Notes under the pieces: generated by a model
The model's input: only the letters and a program-made list of their open reading frames with translations
Databases searched by the model: none
Told to the model about the DNA's origin: nothing
Shown: piece after piece, positions 53,182 through 63,589 of the stretch
Numbering within the stretch: the first letter of the stretch is position 1
Layout of the letters: each line of letters begins with the position of its first letter
Made by a program: the position numbers and the translations under genes
Assembly: GCA_964425075.1 (NCBI GenBank)
Contig: CAYRKM010000001.1
Span: forward strand, 395,060-459,059
Direction of reading: 5' to 3'
Source of the DNA: an uncultured Gammaproteobacteria bacterium
Lineage (GTDB): Bacteria; Patescibacteriota; Microgenomatia; Levybacterales; GWA1-39-11
Length of the DNA stretch: 64,000 nt

Positions 53182-56100
53182 ATGGCAAAACAATCAAACG
53201 CAAGACAATACTGGGGTAAGCAAGTAAAAAAGCTTCCCGAAATGGACCTTTTGGGGATTCAAAAGCAATCATATGATTGGTTTATTCGCGAAGGTATTCA
53301 AGAGATAATTAATGAAATCACCCCAATTTCAGACTTCACCGGTAAAAACTGGGAGCTCTCATTAGGAGAATACAAATTAGGAGAGCCAAAAATTACAGAA
53401 GAACTAGCCATGCAAAAAGGGCTTACCTACTTCACGCCTCTCATGGTTGAGGCAACACTACTCAATAAAAAGACCGAGAAAAAAGTTACTCAAGAAGTTT
53501 TCTTGGGAGAAATTCCAAAAATGACCGATAGGGCAACATTTATTGTTAATGGTATTGAGAGAGTTATTGTTAATCAAATTGTTCGTTCTCCTGGTGTATT
53601 CTTTACAGGCTCTGAAGATCCGATTACCGGAAAAACATTATATACAGCAGAACTTAGACCAGTTCACGGTTCATGGCTTGAGATTTCTACAACTAGAACT
53701 GACATGATAGTTGTAAGAATTGATAGAAGAAAGAAATTTTTGGGTTCAGTTTTCCTAAAGGCTTTAGGAATTGAAACAAATGAAGAGATTTACGCTCTTT
53801 TTGAAGGAATTGATGGAGCAGAAGAATTTGTCAAAAATACCCTTGAAAAGGATGAGGCAAAAGGATCAAATGATGCTTTAATTGAAATTTTCAAGAAACT
53901 TAATCCAGGAGAGCCAGTCGTAATTGATACAATTCGTCAGAACTTCAGAGATACATTCTTTGATAGAAGACGTTATGATCTTTCTAGAGTTGGAAGATAC
54001 AAAATTAATAAAAAACTAAATGGTCTTAACGGCAATGTTGATCCTGAAATTGCGACTTTAACAATTGAGGACGTTGTAGGAATTATTAAATATCTTATTG
54101 ACCTTTCAAAGGGTAAAGGAAAAGTGGACGATATTGACCATCTTGCTAACCGTCGTATTCGTTCTGTTGGAGAACTTGTTCAATCAACCGCTTTTAGAGT
54201 TGGAGCACTAAGACTTGAAAGAATTGTGAAGGAAAAGATGTCTTTAACTTCAACTGAGGAAGTTTATTCTCCTTCTCACTTTATTAATGCCCACCCAATA
54301 ATTGCAGCAATTAACGAATTCTTCAGAACCTCACAGCTTTCAGCAATCCTTGACCAAACAAATCCATTAGCAGAAATTGACAATCTTCGACGTCTTACAG
54401 TTATGGGAACTGGTGGTATCTCAAGAGAAAGAGCTTCTTTTTCAATTAGAGACATTAATGCTTCACAATACTCCAAGATTTGCCCTGTACGAAGCCCTGA
54501 GGGTCCAAATATCGGTCTTGTTACTTATCTAGCACTCTACTCCCATGTAAATGATTTTGGATTCTTGGAGGCACCTTATAGAAAGGTTGTAACTGAGAAA
54601 AAAGGAAATAAAACCTTAGTACGTGTAACTGATGACATTGTATATCTTGATGCTGATGTTGATTCAGATTATTACATTACTCATGCAGATATTGCACTTG
54701 ATGAAAAGGGATATATAGTGGACGAATTGGTACCAGCTCGTTATCGAGGAGAATATCTTGAAGTAGACAGAGATAAAATTCAATATATTGATGTTATTCC
54801 ACGCCAAGTTGTTGGAACTTCCGCTTCCCTTATTCCATTTATTGACCACGATGAAGCTAATCGTGCTCTGATGGGTACTCACATGCAGTGTCAGGCAGTG
54901 CCGTTAATTAAGACCGAAAGCCCAATTGTTGGAACCGGTATGGAAGCAACAGTTGCTGAGGCTATGGGAAGAGTTGTAAAGGCTCCATTTGACGGAGAAA
55001 TTACATATGTTGACGCAGGAAAAGTAGTTATTAAAGGAAAGAATGGGGTAATGGAATATGAAATTCAAAAGTTTAAGAGAACAGCTCAGAACACTTACTT
55101 TTCAGAAAAGCCAGTTGTTGTAACTGGACAAAAAGTAAAAGCAGGCGACGTACTAGTTGATGGACCAGCAACTGATTTTGGAGAATTGGCGCTTGGTAAG
55201 AATTTATTAATCGCTTATGCATCATTTGATGGACTTGGATATGAGGATGCTATTGTTATTTCAGACAGACTTGTTAAAGACGATGAACTTTCTTCAGTTC
55301 ATATCGAGAAATATGAGGCTACAGTAGTTGATACAAAACTTGGACCTGAAGAGACAACTCGAGATATTCCAAATGTAGCTGAAGAAGACTTGGCAAATCT
55401 TGACGAAGAAGGAATTGTTGTAATTGGATCTGAAGTTCTTCCTGGAGATATTCTAGTCGGTAAAATTGCACCAAAGGGTGAAACTGAACTTACTGCTGAA
55501 GAGCGTTTGCTTCGTGCTATCTTTGGAGAAAAAGCACGAGAAGTGAGGGACACATCACTAAGAATGCCTCATGGAGAGCATGGAATTGTAACTTCTATTC
55601 AAGTTCTTGATAGAGAGAAGGGTGACGAATTGGAACCTGGAGCAATTAGAAAGCTCATCATCGAAGTTGCGCAACTTCGTCATGTTGTAGTTGGAGATAA
55701 GCTTGCAGGACGACATGGAAATAAAGGTGTTATTTCAAAGATTGTTCCCCAATCAGATATGCCATATCTTGAAGACGGAACTCCAGTTGATATTATTATT
55801 TCTCCAATTTCAGTACTTGGTCGTATGAATTTGGGTCAGCTTCTTGAGGCTCATGCTGCATGGGCTGCTGACAAGATGAATACAAAAATCGCTGTGCCTG
55901 TATTTGAAAAAGTTCCTGAGCAAAAATTATTCGATCTTATGAAAGGCGCTGGTATTCCAGCCGATGCTAAGGTAAAATTATGGGACGCAAGAACCGGTGA
56001 GCCATACGAAAATAATATCGTAGTTGGAATTGGATACATCATGAAGCTTATCCACATGGTTGAGGATAAAACTCATGCTCGATCTACTGGACCATACTCT

Positions 56101-56589
56101 CTTGTTACCCAACAGCCTCTTGGAGGAAAAGCACAAATGGGTGGACAGCGTCTTGGAGAGATGGAGGTTTGGGCTCTAGAATCGCACAGAGCAGCCTACA
56201 CTTTGCAGGAGATGTTAACAATTAAGTCAGACGACGTTGCAGGAAGAGCAAAAGCATTTGAAGCTATTATCAAAGGCGTTGATATACCAACTCCAAAAGT
56301 ACCTGAATCATTTAAGGTTCTTATCCGTGAGCTTCAATCATTGGGTATGAATATCCAGCCAACCGCAGCAGTTGTTGCAGATGACGAAGATGCAACTGAC
56401 GAGGTAGAAGAAGTTAAGAAAGAGGCAGAAGAGCTTCAGGAAGCACTTGAAGTAGAAAATGTCGAGGAAGCAGGAGAGGGACAAGACAATACTCTTCCAG
56501 CAGAAACAGAGTTAATAGTAGACTCAGTTGAACAAACCGAGCCAACAATGGAAGATACGGCTAAAGCAATGGAAGGAGAAGAGAATTAG
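53182..56589 (+). CDS. rpoB: DNA-directed RNA polymerase subunit beta
   Basis: Full-length collinear beta subunit with conserved regions. Confidence 0.95.
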   Translation: MAKQSNARQYWGKQVKKLPEMDLLGIQKQSYDWFIREGIQEIINEITPISDFTGKNWELSLGEYKLGEPKITEELAMQKGLTYFTPLMVEATLLNKKTEKKVTQEVFLGEIPKMTDRATFIVNGIERVIVNQIVRSPGVFFTGSEDPITGKTLYTAELRPVHGSWLEISTTRTDMIVVRIDRRKKFLGSVFLKALGIETNEEIYALFEGIDGAEEFVKNTLEKDEAKGSNDALIEIFKKLNPGEPVVIDTIRQNFRDTFFDRRRYDLSRVGRYKINKKLNGLNGNVDPEIATLTIEDVVGIIKYLIDLSKGKGKVDDIDHLANRRIRSVGELVQSTAFRVGALRLERIVKEKMSLTSTEEVYSPSHFINAHPIIAAINEFFRTSQLSAILDQTNPLAEIDNLRRLTVMGTGGISRERASFSIRDINASQYSKICPVRSPEGPNIGLVTYLALYSHVNDFGFLEAPYRKVVTEKKGNKTLVRVTDDIVYLDADVDSDYYITHADIALDEKGYIVDELVPARYRGEYLEVDRDKIQYIDVIPRQVVGTSASLIPFIDHDEANRALMGTHMQCQAVPLIKTESPIVGTGMEATVAEAMGRVVKAPFDGEITYVDAGKVVIKGKNGVMEYEIQKFKRTAQNTYFSEKPVVVTGQKVKAGDVLVDGPATDFGELALGKNLLIAYASFDGLGYEDAIVISDRLVKDDELSSVHIEKYEATVVDTKLGPEETTRDIPNVAEEDLANLDEEGIVVIGSEVLPGDILVGKIAPKGETELTAEERLLRAIFGEKAREVRDTSLRMPHGEHGIVTSIQVLDREKGDELEPGAIRKLIIEVAQLRHVVVGDKLAGRHGNKGVISKIVPQSDMPYLEDGTPVDIIISPISVLGRMNLGQLLEAHAAWAADKMNTKIAVPVFEKVPEQKLFDLMKGAGIPADAKVKLWDARTGEPYENNIVVGIGYIMKLIHMVEDKTHARSTGPYSLVTQQPLGGKAQMGGQRLGEMEVWALESHRAAYTLQEMLTIKSDDVAGRAKAFEAIIKGVDIPTPKVPESFKVLIRELQSLGMNIQPTAAVVADDEDATDEVEEVKKEAEELQEALEVENVEEAGEGQDNTLPAETELIVDSVEQTEPTMEDTAKAMEGEEN

Positions 56590-56616
56590 TTAAGATTCTC
56601 AAATTAAATTTATATT

Positions 56617-59600
56617 ATGGAACCACAAGACAACAATAATCAATTAAGAGAGGCAGCATTTGCTCCAAAAGCAGTTCGAAGGAATGATGTAATTAATATC
56701 TCAGACTTTGAGGGTCTAAGAATTACTATAGCTTCTCCCGATGACATAAAAAATTGGTCATACGGAGAAGTAACTAAGCCAGAAACCATTAATTACAGAA
56801 CTTTTAGAGCTGAGAAGGATGGTTTGTTTGACGAAAGAATCTTTGGTCCAACACGAGACTTTGAATGTTACTGTGGAAAATATAAAAGAATTAGGTACAA
56901 AGGAATTGTTTGTGATAGATGTGGAGTTGAGGTTACTTATTCAAGAGTAAGACGTGAGAGAATGGGGCATATCACCCTGGCTGCTCCTGTAATTCATGTT
57001 TGGTATTCAAAAGGTTCACCTTCAAAACTTTCAACTCTTTTGGGAACAACTCAAAAAGAGCTTGAGTCTATCATTTACTATGCTTCATATCTTGTAACTT
57101 CAATTGATGAGGATAAAAGAAAAGAGGCAATGGAAAGACTAGAGACTATTAAGCAATCACGTCTTGATGAATTAAAGAAAACAATTGAAGAAGAGAAGAA
57201 AAAACTTGAATTAGAAGAAAAAGACAAGCTTAAAGAAATTGAATCAACCCTTAAGAAAGAAAGAAAAGAATTAGTTCTTGAGGAAACCAGAGTTAACTAT
57301 AAACAAAGAAACGCGGCATTTGACAAGAGACTTGAAGCTGAGGGTGGAAGAATTGAAGAAATCTTTACAAGAATTAATGATATCGTAAAGGGACTTAAGA
57401 CCTGGGATGTTCTTTCTGAGGAAGAATACGTAAGGCTTCTTGAGTATGATGTTTTAATCTTCTTTGAGGTAGAAACAGGAGCTTCAGCTATACTTCATGC
57501 CATTGAGTCAATGGACATTGGTAAGATTATTGGTGAATTAAGAGAAGATGTTCACAAATCATCTGGTCAGAAGCAATTGAAACTCCTTAAAAGACTTCAC
57601 TTAATCGAGGCTATAAATGAAGCTGGATTTGACCTCTCCTCAATGGTTCTACGCGTTCTTCCAGTTTTGCCTCCTGATCTACGCCCAATGGTACAACTTA
57701 ATGGTGGAAGATTTGCAACATCTGACTTGAACGATCTTTACAGAAGAGTAATTAACAGAAACAATCGTTTGAATCATCTTATTTCTCTTGGAGCACCTGA
57801 AATTATTTTAAGAAATGAAAAGAGAATGCTTCAAGAGTCTGTTGATTATCTAATTGATACTTCAATTCGAGCTTCTTCAACACAAAGACAATTTAAATCC
57901 CTTTCTGATGTTTTGAGAGGAAAACAAGGCCGATTTAGAAAGAATCTTCTTGGAAAAAGAGTAGATTACTCAGGTCGTTCTGTTATTATTGCAGGACCTG
58001 AATTATCCCTTAATCAATGTGGTATTCCAAAAGAAATGGCCCTTGAGCTCTTTAAACCTTTTGTTATAAGAGAAATTATTGCTAGAGGTTTAACCACACC
58101 TAATGCGAAAGCTGCAAAGAGATATATTGAGAAAAGACCAGCTGAGGTGTTTGATATCCTTGAGGAAATTACCAAGAATCACCCAGTGCTTCTAAACCGT
58201 GCCCCTACACTTCACAAATTGGGTATTCAGGCTTTTTATCCAGTGCTTGTTGAGGGTAGTGCTATTAAAATTCACCCTTGTGTCTGTGCTGGTTATAACG
58301 CTGACTTTGATGGAGACCAAATGGCAATTCATGTACCACTTTCATCTCGTGCGCAAAAAGAAGCAATTGAGTTAATGATGCCTGCATCAAACTTGCTTAA
58401 GCCTGCAGATGGTAACCCAATTACTCTTCCAAACAAAGAGATGGCATTGGGAACTTTCTACTTAACAAGTGTTGATGAGAGACTTCGAGGCGAACAATTA
58501 AAGATGTTTTCAAGCCCTGAAGAGGCTTATTTAGCTCGAACAACTAAAAAATTGAGCTTTAGAGAGCCAATTATGATTCGGGTTGATGGTAAAACTTTCG
58601 AAACAACTTTGGGTAGAGTTATGTTTAATGAGGCACTTCCAGAGGGTTTGGATTTTGTAAATGAAGAAGTTAAAGCCTCAACAATTAGAGATATTATTAC
58701 AAAAGCTATGGTTACTCTTTCAAAAGAAGACGTAGCACTTTTAATTGACAGAATTAAAGAAATTGGATTCTATGCTGCAACTATTTCTGGTATTTCAGTT
58801 TCAACATTTGACTTGAAGATGCTTGATACAAAGTCAACTCTTATTGATGAAGCGGAGAAACAAATTCAAGAAATTGAAGATGAATTCCAACAAGGTCTTA
58901 TTACTCACAGCGAGCAAAAAAGACTTATGAATCATGTATGGTTAGAGGCTACCGAAAAGATGGCAAATCTTACTTGGAACTTATTTGATAAAAATGACAT
59001 CGTAAGAATAATTGCTGATTCAGGTGGAGCTCGTGCAGGAAAAGATCAAATTAAACAGCTTGCTGCGATGCGTGGTCTAATATATGATCCTCTTGGACGT
59101 ATCGTTGAACTTCCAATTAAATCTAACTTTAGAGAAGGTCTTTCAATTTTTGAATACGTTAATTCAGCTCGTGGTTCAAGAAAGGGTCTTACCGACTCAG
59201 CTCTTAAGACTGCTGACGCTGGATACTTAACTCGAAGACTTGTTGACGTTGCTCATGACGTAATTATTCGTGAAGATGATTGTGGAACAACTGAGGGATT
59301 TGAGGTTAATCTTGAAAACAGAGAAAATCTAACACCTCATATCAATATGCTTTTGGGTCGTGTGGCTTTAAAAGACATAGCATCTAAGAAAACAAAGAAA
59401 GTGTACGTTAAGAAAGGTGAGGACATTGATCACGAACAGCTAAGAGAAATCTTGGAAGACGAAAGTATTTCCGAGGCATTTGTAAGAAGCCCCATTGATT
59501 GTAAATTAAAGCATGGAATTTGTGCAGCTTGTTATGGATGGGACCTTTCAACTTACAAGAGAGCAGATCTTGGTACTCCAGTAGGTGTTATTGCTGCGCA

Positions 59601-60477
59601 ATCTATTGGTGAGCCAGGAACTCAGCTTACTATGCGTGTTAAGCATTTTGGTGGAGTTGTTATGTCTGACGTGACTCAAGGTTTGCCAAGAGTTGAGGAG
59701 TTATTTGAGGTAAGAAGACCAAAGAATTTGGCACCAGTTGCTGAGATTACCGGTAAAGCAAGCGTTGAGAAGGTTGAAGATGGATATATTGTGAAGGTAA
59801 AGAACACTAAGGTAAAACCGGTTGAGGAAAGAGAATATTTTGTACCACTTGCTTCAAGTTTGTTAATTGCAGATGGAGATCAAGTAACTGCAGGAACTCA
59901 ACTTTGTGAAGGCCATCTTGATCCAAAAGATGTTCTTAAAGTTGGTGGTTTGGTTCGAGCACAACAATACCTTATCAAACAAATTCAGGATGTGTATGAG
60001 TCTCAAGGTATTTCAATTCACTACAAGCACTTTGAGACAATTGTAAGAAAGATGTCTGATAAAGTAATGCTTGAAACTGCTGGAGACACAAAGCTACTTC
60101 CTGGAGATCTTACTTCAAAACTTAGATTTGAAGATCAGAATGCAGCAGTAATTTCAGAAGGTGGAGAGCCTGCAACTGCTCGAGAAATAATGCTAGGTGT
60201 AACCAAAGCTGCTCTTGTTACTGATTCGTGGTTGTCTGCCGCTTCATTCCAAGAAACAACTCAGGTATTAACTGATGCTTCTCTTGAAGGAAAGGTTGAT
60301 GATCTTATCGGACTTAAAGAAAACGTTATCGTTGGAAGACTTATTCCAGTTAGAGAGCACTTCATGGATGATGAGGTGCAGACAATTGAGGATGTTCCTA
60401 TGTTCCCAGCTTTAATGTCAACTGAGTCTGCCCCATCTGCACCTGAGGCTGGAATTGAGCCTGTCGAAAGTGTATAA
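56617..60477 (+). CDS. rpoC: DNA-directed RNA polymerase subunit beta'
   Basis: Zn-finger C-x2-C...C-x2-C, NADFDGD catalytic motif, trigger loop. Confidence 0.95.
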   Translation: MEPQDNNNQLREAAFAPKAVRRNDVINISDFEGLRITIASPDDIKNWSYGEVTKPETINYRTFRAEKDGLFDERIFGPTRDFECYCGKYKRIRYKGIVCDRCGVEVTYSRVRRERMGHITLAAPVIHVWYSKGSPSKLSTLLGTTQKELESIIYYASYLVTSIDEDKRKEAMERLETIKQSRLDELKKTIEEEKKKLELEEKDKLKEIESTLKKERKELVLEETRVNYKQRNAAFDKRLEAEGGRIEEIFTRINDIVKGLKTWDVLSEEEYVRLLEYDVLIFFEVETGASAILHAIESMDIGKIIGELREDVHKSSGQKQLKLLKRLHLIEAINEAGFDLSSMVLRVLPVLPPDLRPMVQLNGGRFATSDLNDLYRRVINRNNRLNHLISLGAPEIILRNEKRMLQESVDYLIDTSIRASSTQRQFKSLSDVLRGKQGRFRKNLLGKRVDYSGRSVIIAGPELSLNQCGIPKEMALELFKPFVIREIIARGLTTPNAKAAKRYIEKRPAEVFDILEEITKNHPVLLNRAPTLHKLGIQAFYPVLVEGSAIKIHPCVCAGYNADFDGDQMAIHVPLSSRAQKEAIELMMPASNLLKPADGNPITLPNKEMALGTFYLTSVDERLRGEQLKMFSSPEEAYLARTTKKLSFREPIMIRVDGKTFETTLGRVMFNEALPEGLDFVNEEVKASTIRDIITKAMVTLSKEDVALLIDRIKEIGFYAATISGISVSTFDLKMLDTKSTLIDEAEKQIQEIEDEFQQGLITHSEQKRLMNHVWLEATEKMANLTWNLFDKNDIVRIIADSGGARAGKDQIKQLAAMRGLIYDPLGRIVELPIKSNFREGLSIFEYVNSARGSRKGLTDSALKTADAGYLTRRLVDVAHDVIIREDDCGTTEGFEVNLENRENLTPHINMLLGRVALKDIASKKTKKVYVKKGEDIDHEQLREILEDESISEAFVRSPIDCKLKHGICAACYGWDLSTYKRADLGTPVGVIAAQSIGEPGTQLTMRVKHFGGVVMSDVTQGLPRVEELFEVRRPKNLAPVAEITGKASVEKVEDGYIVKVKNTKVKPVEEREYFVPLASSLLIADGDQVTAGTQLCEGHLDPKDVLKVGGLVRAQQYLIKQIQDVYESQGISIHYKHFETIVRKMSDKVMLETAGDTKLLPGDLTSKLRFEDQNAAVISEGGEPATAREIMLGVTKAALVTDSWLSAASFQETTQVLTDASLEGKVDDLIGLKENVIVGRLIPVREHFMDDEVQTIEDVPMFPALMSTESAPSAPEAGIEPVESV

Positions 60478-60489
60478 TCAACCCTTACT

Positions 60490-60912
60490 ATGCCAACACT
60501 TAACCAATTAGTTAAAAAAGGAAGAGCAAAGAAAAGTAAAAAGATTAAAGCAACCGGTTTGCGAACTATTTTTAATGCAAAAAATAGAGAATACACCGAG
60601 AATCCTTCTCCTCAAAAAAGAGGAGTGGTAACGCTTGTAAGAACAATGACTCCAAAAAAGCCTAATTCAGCTTTGCGTAAGGTTGCAAGAGTTAAGCTTT
60701 CAAACAGAGAAGAAGTTACAGCCTACATTCAGGGAATTGGACACAATTTAGCCGAGCACGGAATCGTTTTGGTTCGTGGAGGAAGAGTAAAAGATTTACC
60801 AGGTGTGAAATACCATTTAGTAAGAGGAAAATTTGACCTTGCTGGAACTCAGAACAGAAAAACATCCAGATCAAAATACGGAGCTAAAAAAGGAGGAGCT
60901 GCACAAGCTTAA
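60490..60912 (+). CDS. rpsL: 30S ribosomal protein S12
   Basis: [12 protein letters not shown]... canonical S12. Confidence 0.95.
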   Translation: MPTLNQLVKKGRAKKSKKIKATGLRTIFNAKNREYTENPSPQKRGVVTLVRTMTPKKPNSALRKVARVKLSNREEVTAYIQGIGHNLAEHGIVLVRGGRVKDLPGVKYHLVRGKFDLAGTQNRKTSRSKYGAKKGGAAQA

Positions 60913-60917
60913 GTAGT

Positions 60918-61397
60918 ATGGCTAGAGGTGGAAAAAGCATTGCAAAAAGAAAAATAGAAGCAGACCCAATTTATGGGAGCATTCTTCTTTCAAAATTCAT
61001 AAATAATGTAATGCAGGATGGTAAAAAAACCACTGCGCAAAGAATAGTGTATGATGCACTCGATATTCTTAAGGAAAAAGGGAAAGATCCGCTTGCTACT
61101 TTCGAAAAAGCATTGGACACTGTTGCACCAAGACAAGAAGTGAGGGCAAAAAGAGTAGGTGGAGCAGCTTATCAGGTTCCTATGGAGGTACGTGGACCAC
61201 GAAAAGTTTCTCTTTCTATTCGATGGGTTCTTGAAGCAGCCCGCAAACGCTCAAATTCTGAGTACAAGTCATTTGCTGCAAAACTAGCTCAAGAACTTCT
61301 TGATGCATTAGAAAATCAGGGAGAAGCAGTAAAAAAGAGAGACTCCGTACAACGTATGGCCGAGTCCAACAAGGCTTTTGCACATTTCCGTTTTTAA
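60918..61397 (+). CDS. rpsG: 30S ribosomal protein S7
   Basis: Canonical S7 sequence. Confidence 0.95.
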   Translation: MARGGKSIAKRKIEADPIYGSILLSKFINNVMQDGKKTTAQRIVYDALDILKEKGKDPLATFEKALDTVAPRQEVRAKRVGGAAYQVPMEVRGPRKVSLSIRWVLEAARKRSNSEYKSFAAKLAQELLDALENQGEAVKKRDSVQRMAESNKAFAHFRF

Positions 61398-61464
61398 TTT
61401 CGATTGCCCTTCCGTAGCTTTACGCGAAGGAGGGCCCACTTCAGATTCTAGATTTTAATTATCT

Positions 61465-61950
61465 TCACAACAAAACAGCGGCTGTAGTAGTTATTCTCTC
61501 TGCATAAAAGTCTAATGGAAAATTTAATATCGCAACTGGGTCTTCATAGGAAAGCTCAAGACTGTGTTGCCTTACTGCTTGACTAAGTGCGCTTGTTATT
61601 CCCTCATCAACATTTTCTTTTCTTTCTTCATCGAGAATATTGTATGCTTCTCCTGAGTGTAGGGCAAAGTAAGGAGGTCTTTGAGTAAATAGAACCATGT
61701 CTCCTTCGATTCGAAAGTTGGGTGGCGCAAATCCTGAGAACACCAATTTTAGAAGTGGAGTATCCCAAACAAATCTAGTATTTCCGCCATTTTCGATAGT
61801 ATCTCTTATAATTAATAGTGCTGCATTTCTACTGTCTTTATCACCCTCGCTTACATGTTTTGCAAGGTCTCGTATTAGGTCATGCGATGCCGCCCAAATC
61901 CTTTGTTTGTCAAAGCGAACATCCTCAAATACTACTCTCTCTTTCGGCAT
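61465..61950 (-). CDS. Hypothetical protein
   Basis: 161-aa ORF convergent with rpsG. No recognisable motif. Confidence 0.45.
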   Translation of the reverse strand: MPKERVVFEDVRFDKQRIWAASHDLIRDLAKHVSEGDKDSRNAALLIIRDTIENGGNTRFVWDTPLLKLVFSGFAPPNFRIEGDMVLFTQRPPYFALHSGEAYNILDEERKENVDEGITSALSQAVRQHSLELSYEDPVAILNFPLDFYAERITTTAAVLL

Positions 61951-62027
61951 ATAGAAATTATATTTCCAAAAATGAAATTTGCAAGAGATAAGTTGTCAAT
62001 TCGCCCTTTAAATAGTTCTTTTTTTAA

Positions 62028-62264
62028 TTAACCTCGAACTCCTCCTAGAGGTGGACCGTTTAAATCAGGAGAGTGTTCAAAATCTGCCCCATCTGTTCTA
62101 CTTTTAATTAAAGTGCCCGATGGAACGGTAATTCCATCAACCCTGTTTTCAATAATAATACCCGTGCGAATTCCTGGATTTCCATCCCCACTTTTTAAAG
62201 GTTCTGAGTTCAAACCCGAGTGTTCAAAACTTGCATCAAGTGCTCTATCTAGTTCAGTTCCCAT
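62028..62264 (-). CDS. Small Gly/Pro-rich protein with internal duplication, hypothetical
   Basis: SD aaggaggtga. Repeats ASFEHSGLNSEPLKSGDGNPG / ADFEHSPDLNGPPLGG. Confidence 0.45.
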   Translation of the reverse strand: MGTELDRALDASFEHSGLNSEPLKSGDGNPGIRTGIIIENRVDGITVPSGTLIKSRTDGADFEHSPDLNGPPLGGVRG

Positions 62265-62473
62265 AATATATCACCTCCTTTTCACTGCTTGAAAGTTATC
62301 ATAAATATTTATGGTTTTGAAGTCAATTTTTTATAAATTCTTTACAAAATTTAACAATTTGTTAAAATATTAACACCTCGCAAGCTCGGCGCAAGCCCTT
62401 CACAAAGTTCAGGACAGGCACTTCTTGCAGGCTCACTGCAGGCAGATTAGAGGTTTAGCTATTTATAAAAATT

Positions 62474-63124
62474 ATGATTACGGTTCCAGATGGTACAAAA
62501 ATTATTATAGAGCGCTCTCGATATCTATCAGAAGCGTTATCTAAAAAACTTATAAATATTTCCTCACTTGCAGAGTATTTAAAGCCAGAACTTGAAGAAA
62601 TGCTTTTAAAGCCTGTTTCAAAAGGCTCTATTATCATGGCAATTATGCGTCTTCAGCCAACTCTCAAACCAAAATATAAGGAGAACAAACTTTTTCAAAA
62701 ACAACCAGAAATGGCAGTACGCTCAGGGCTTTCTTTGATAAATATTCAAAGAACCAAAGAAACAGAAGAGGCAATACGAGAATTATTTATAAGAAGAGTA
62801 AAGGGGACTTTCTTCTCAATTACAATTGGTGCAAGTGAGATAAACATTGCTATTTCTTCAAGTTTCTTGCCTCAAATTGAGGCAGAATTTTCAAAAAATC
62901 ACATCATCTCGGTTATCCCAAATGTTTCATTGATTACAATATTTCTTCCAGAGAAAGCCATCACTACTCCCGGCGTGTATTATTTTTTCCTTAAGTCAAT
63001 TGCATGGGAAGGGATAAATATTTTAGGAAACGCTGCAACAACCTCTGAGCTCACGCTCTTTTTTGCAGATAAAGATGTCCATCGAGCATTTGAGATTTTG
63101 TCATCAATCTATAAAGAGAAGTAG
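62474..63124 (+). CDS. Tandem ACT-domain protein (aspartokinase regulatory-domain-like)
   Basis: GSIIMAIMRL..., FFSITIGASEINIAI and EGINILGNAATTSELTLFFADKDVHRAFEIL resemble ACT folds. Confidence 0.45.
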   Translation: MITVPDGTKIIIERSRYLSEALSKKLINISSLAEYLKPELEEMLLKPVSKGSIIMAIMRLQPTLKPKYKENKLFQKQPEMAVRSGLSLINIQRTKETEEAIRELFIRRVKGTFFSITIGASEINIAISSSFLPQIEAEFSKNHIISVIPNVSLITIFLPEKAITTPGVYYFFLKSIAWEGINILGNAATTSELTLFFADKDVHRAFEILSSIYKEK

Positions 63125-63589
63125 TTGTATAATAGGTGCCCTATGTCTAATTTTCAAACAGCCAGTATTCTTATATGGGGTGTGTATGGATTGATTGCGG
63201 TGATATTTGGTTTTGTAAGAACATATAAGAAGAATAATCCCTACGGCCTTTCGTATTGGTTCAATCCACTGGGAGCATTTGTTTGGGCAGACACAGTTGT
63301 TTTTGGTGCTTTCTTTTTTCTAGTTTCAGTTTTTACTTTACTGATTTCAGATTTTATTTTATTTTGTTTAACATTTTTTGTATTTTGGACAGTCCGCTCA
63401 ATTGGCGAGCAGATATATTGGTTTCTTGAACAATTTGCGACAAATCACAGGAATCTTGAGCATACATTGTGGGCGAGCAGGTTTTTTCCGAGAAATTCTG
63501 TATGGATTGCCAATCAAATTTTCTGGCAATGTGTAAGTGTTGTAGCAATTATTGCTTCAATGTATTTTTTTGTAAAGTGGCTTAATTAA
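63125..63589 (+). CDS. Integral membrane protein, hypothetical
   Basis: Four predicted TM helices. Confidence 0.5.
   Translation: MYNRCPMSNFQTASILIWGVYGLIAVIFGFVRTYKKNNPYGLSYWFNPLGAFVWADTVVFGAFFFLVSVFTLLISDFILFCLTFFVFWTVRSIGEQIYWFLEQFATNHRNLEHTLWASRFFPRNSVWIANQIFWQCVSVVAIIASMYFFVKWLN

Noticed and set aside
53182-60477. Short internal ORFs on both strands within rpoB/rpoC (e.g. 54276..54476, 55299..55553, 60261..60596)
   Set aside because: They are embedded in highly conserved, full-length RNAP genes and are frame artefacts.
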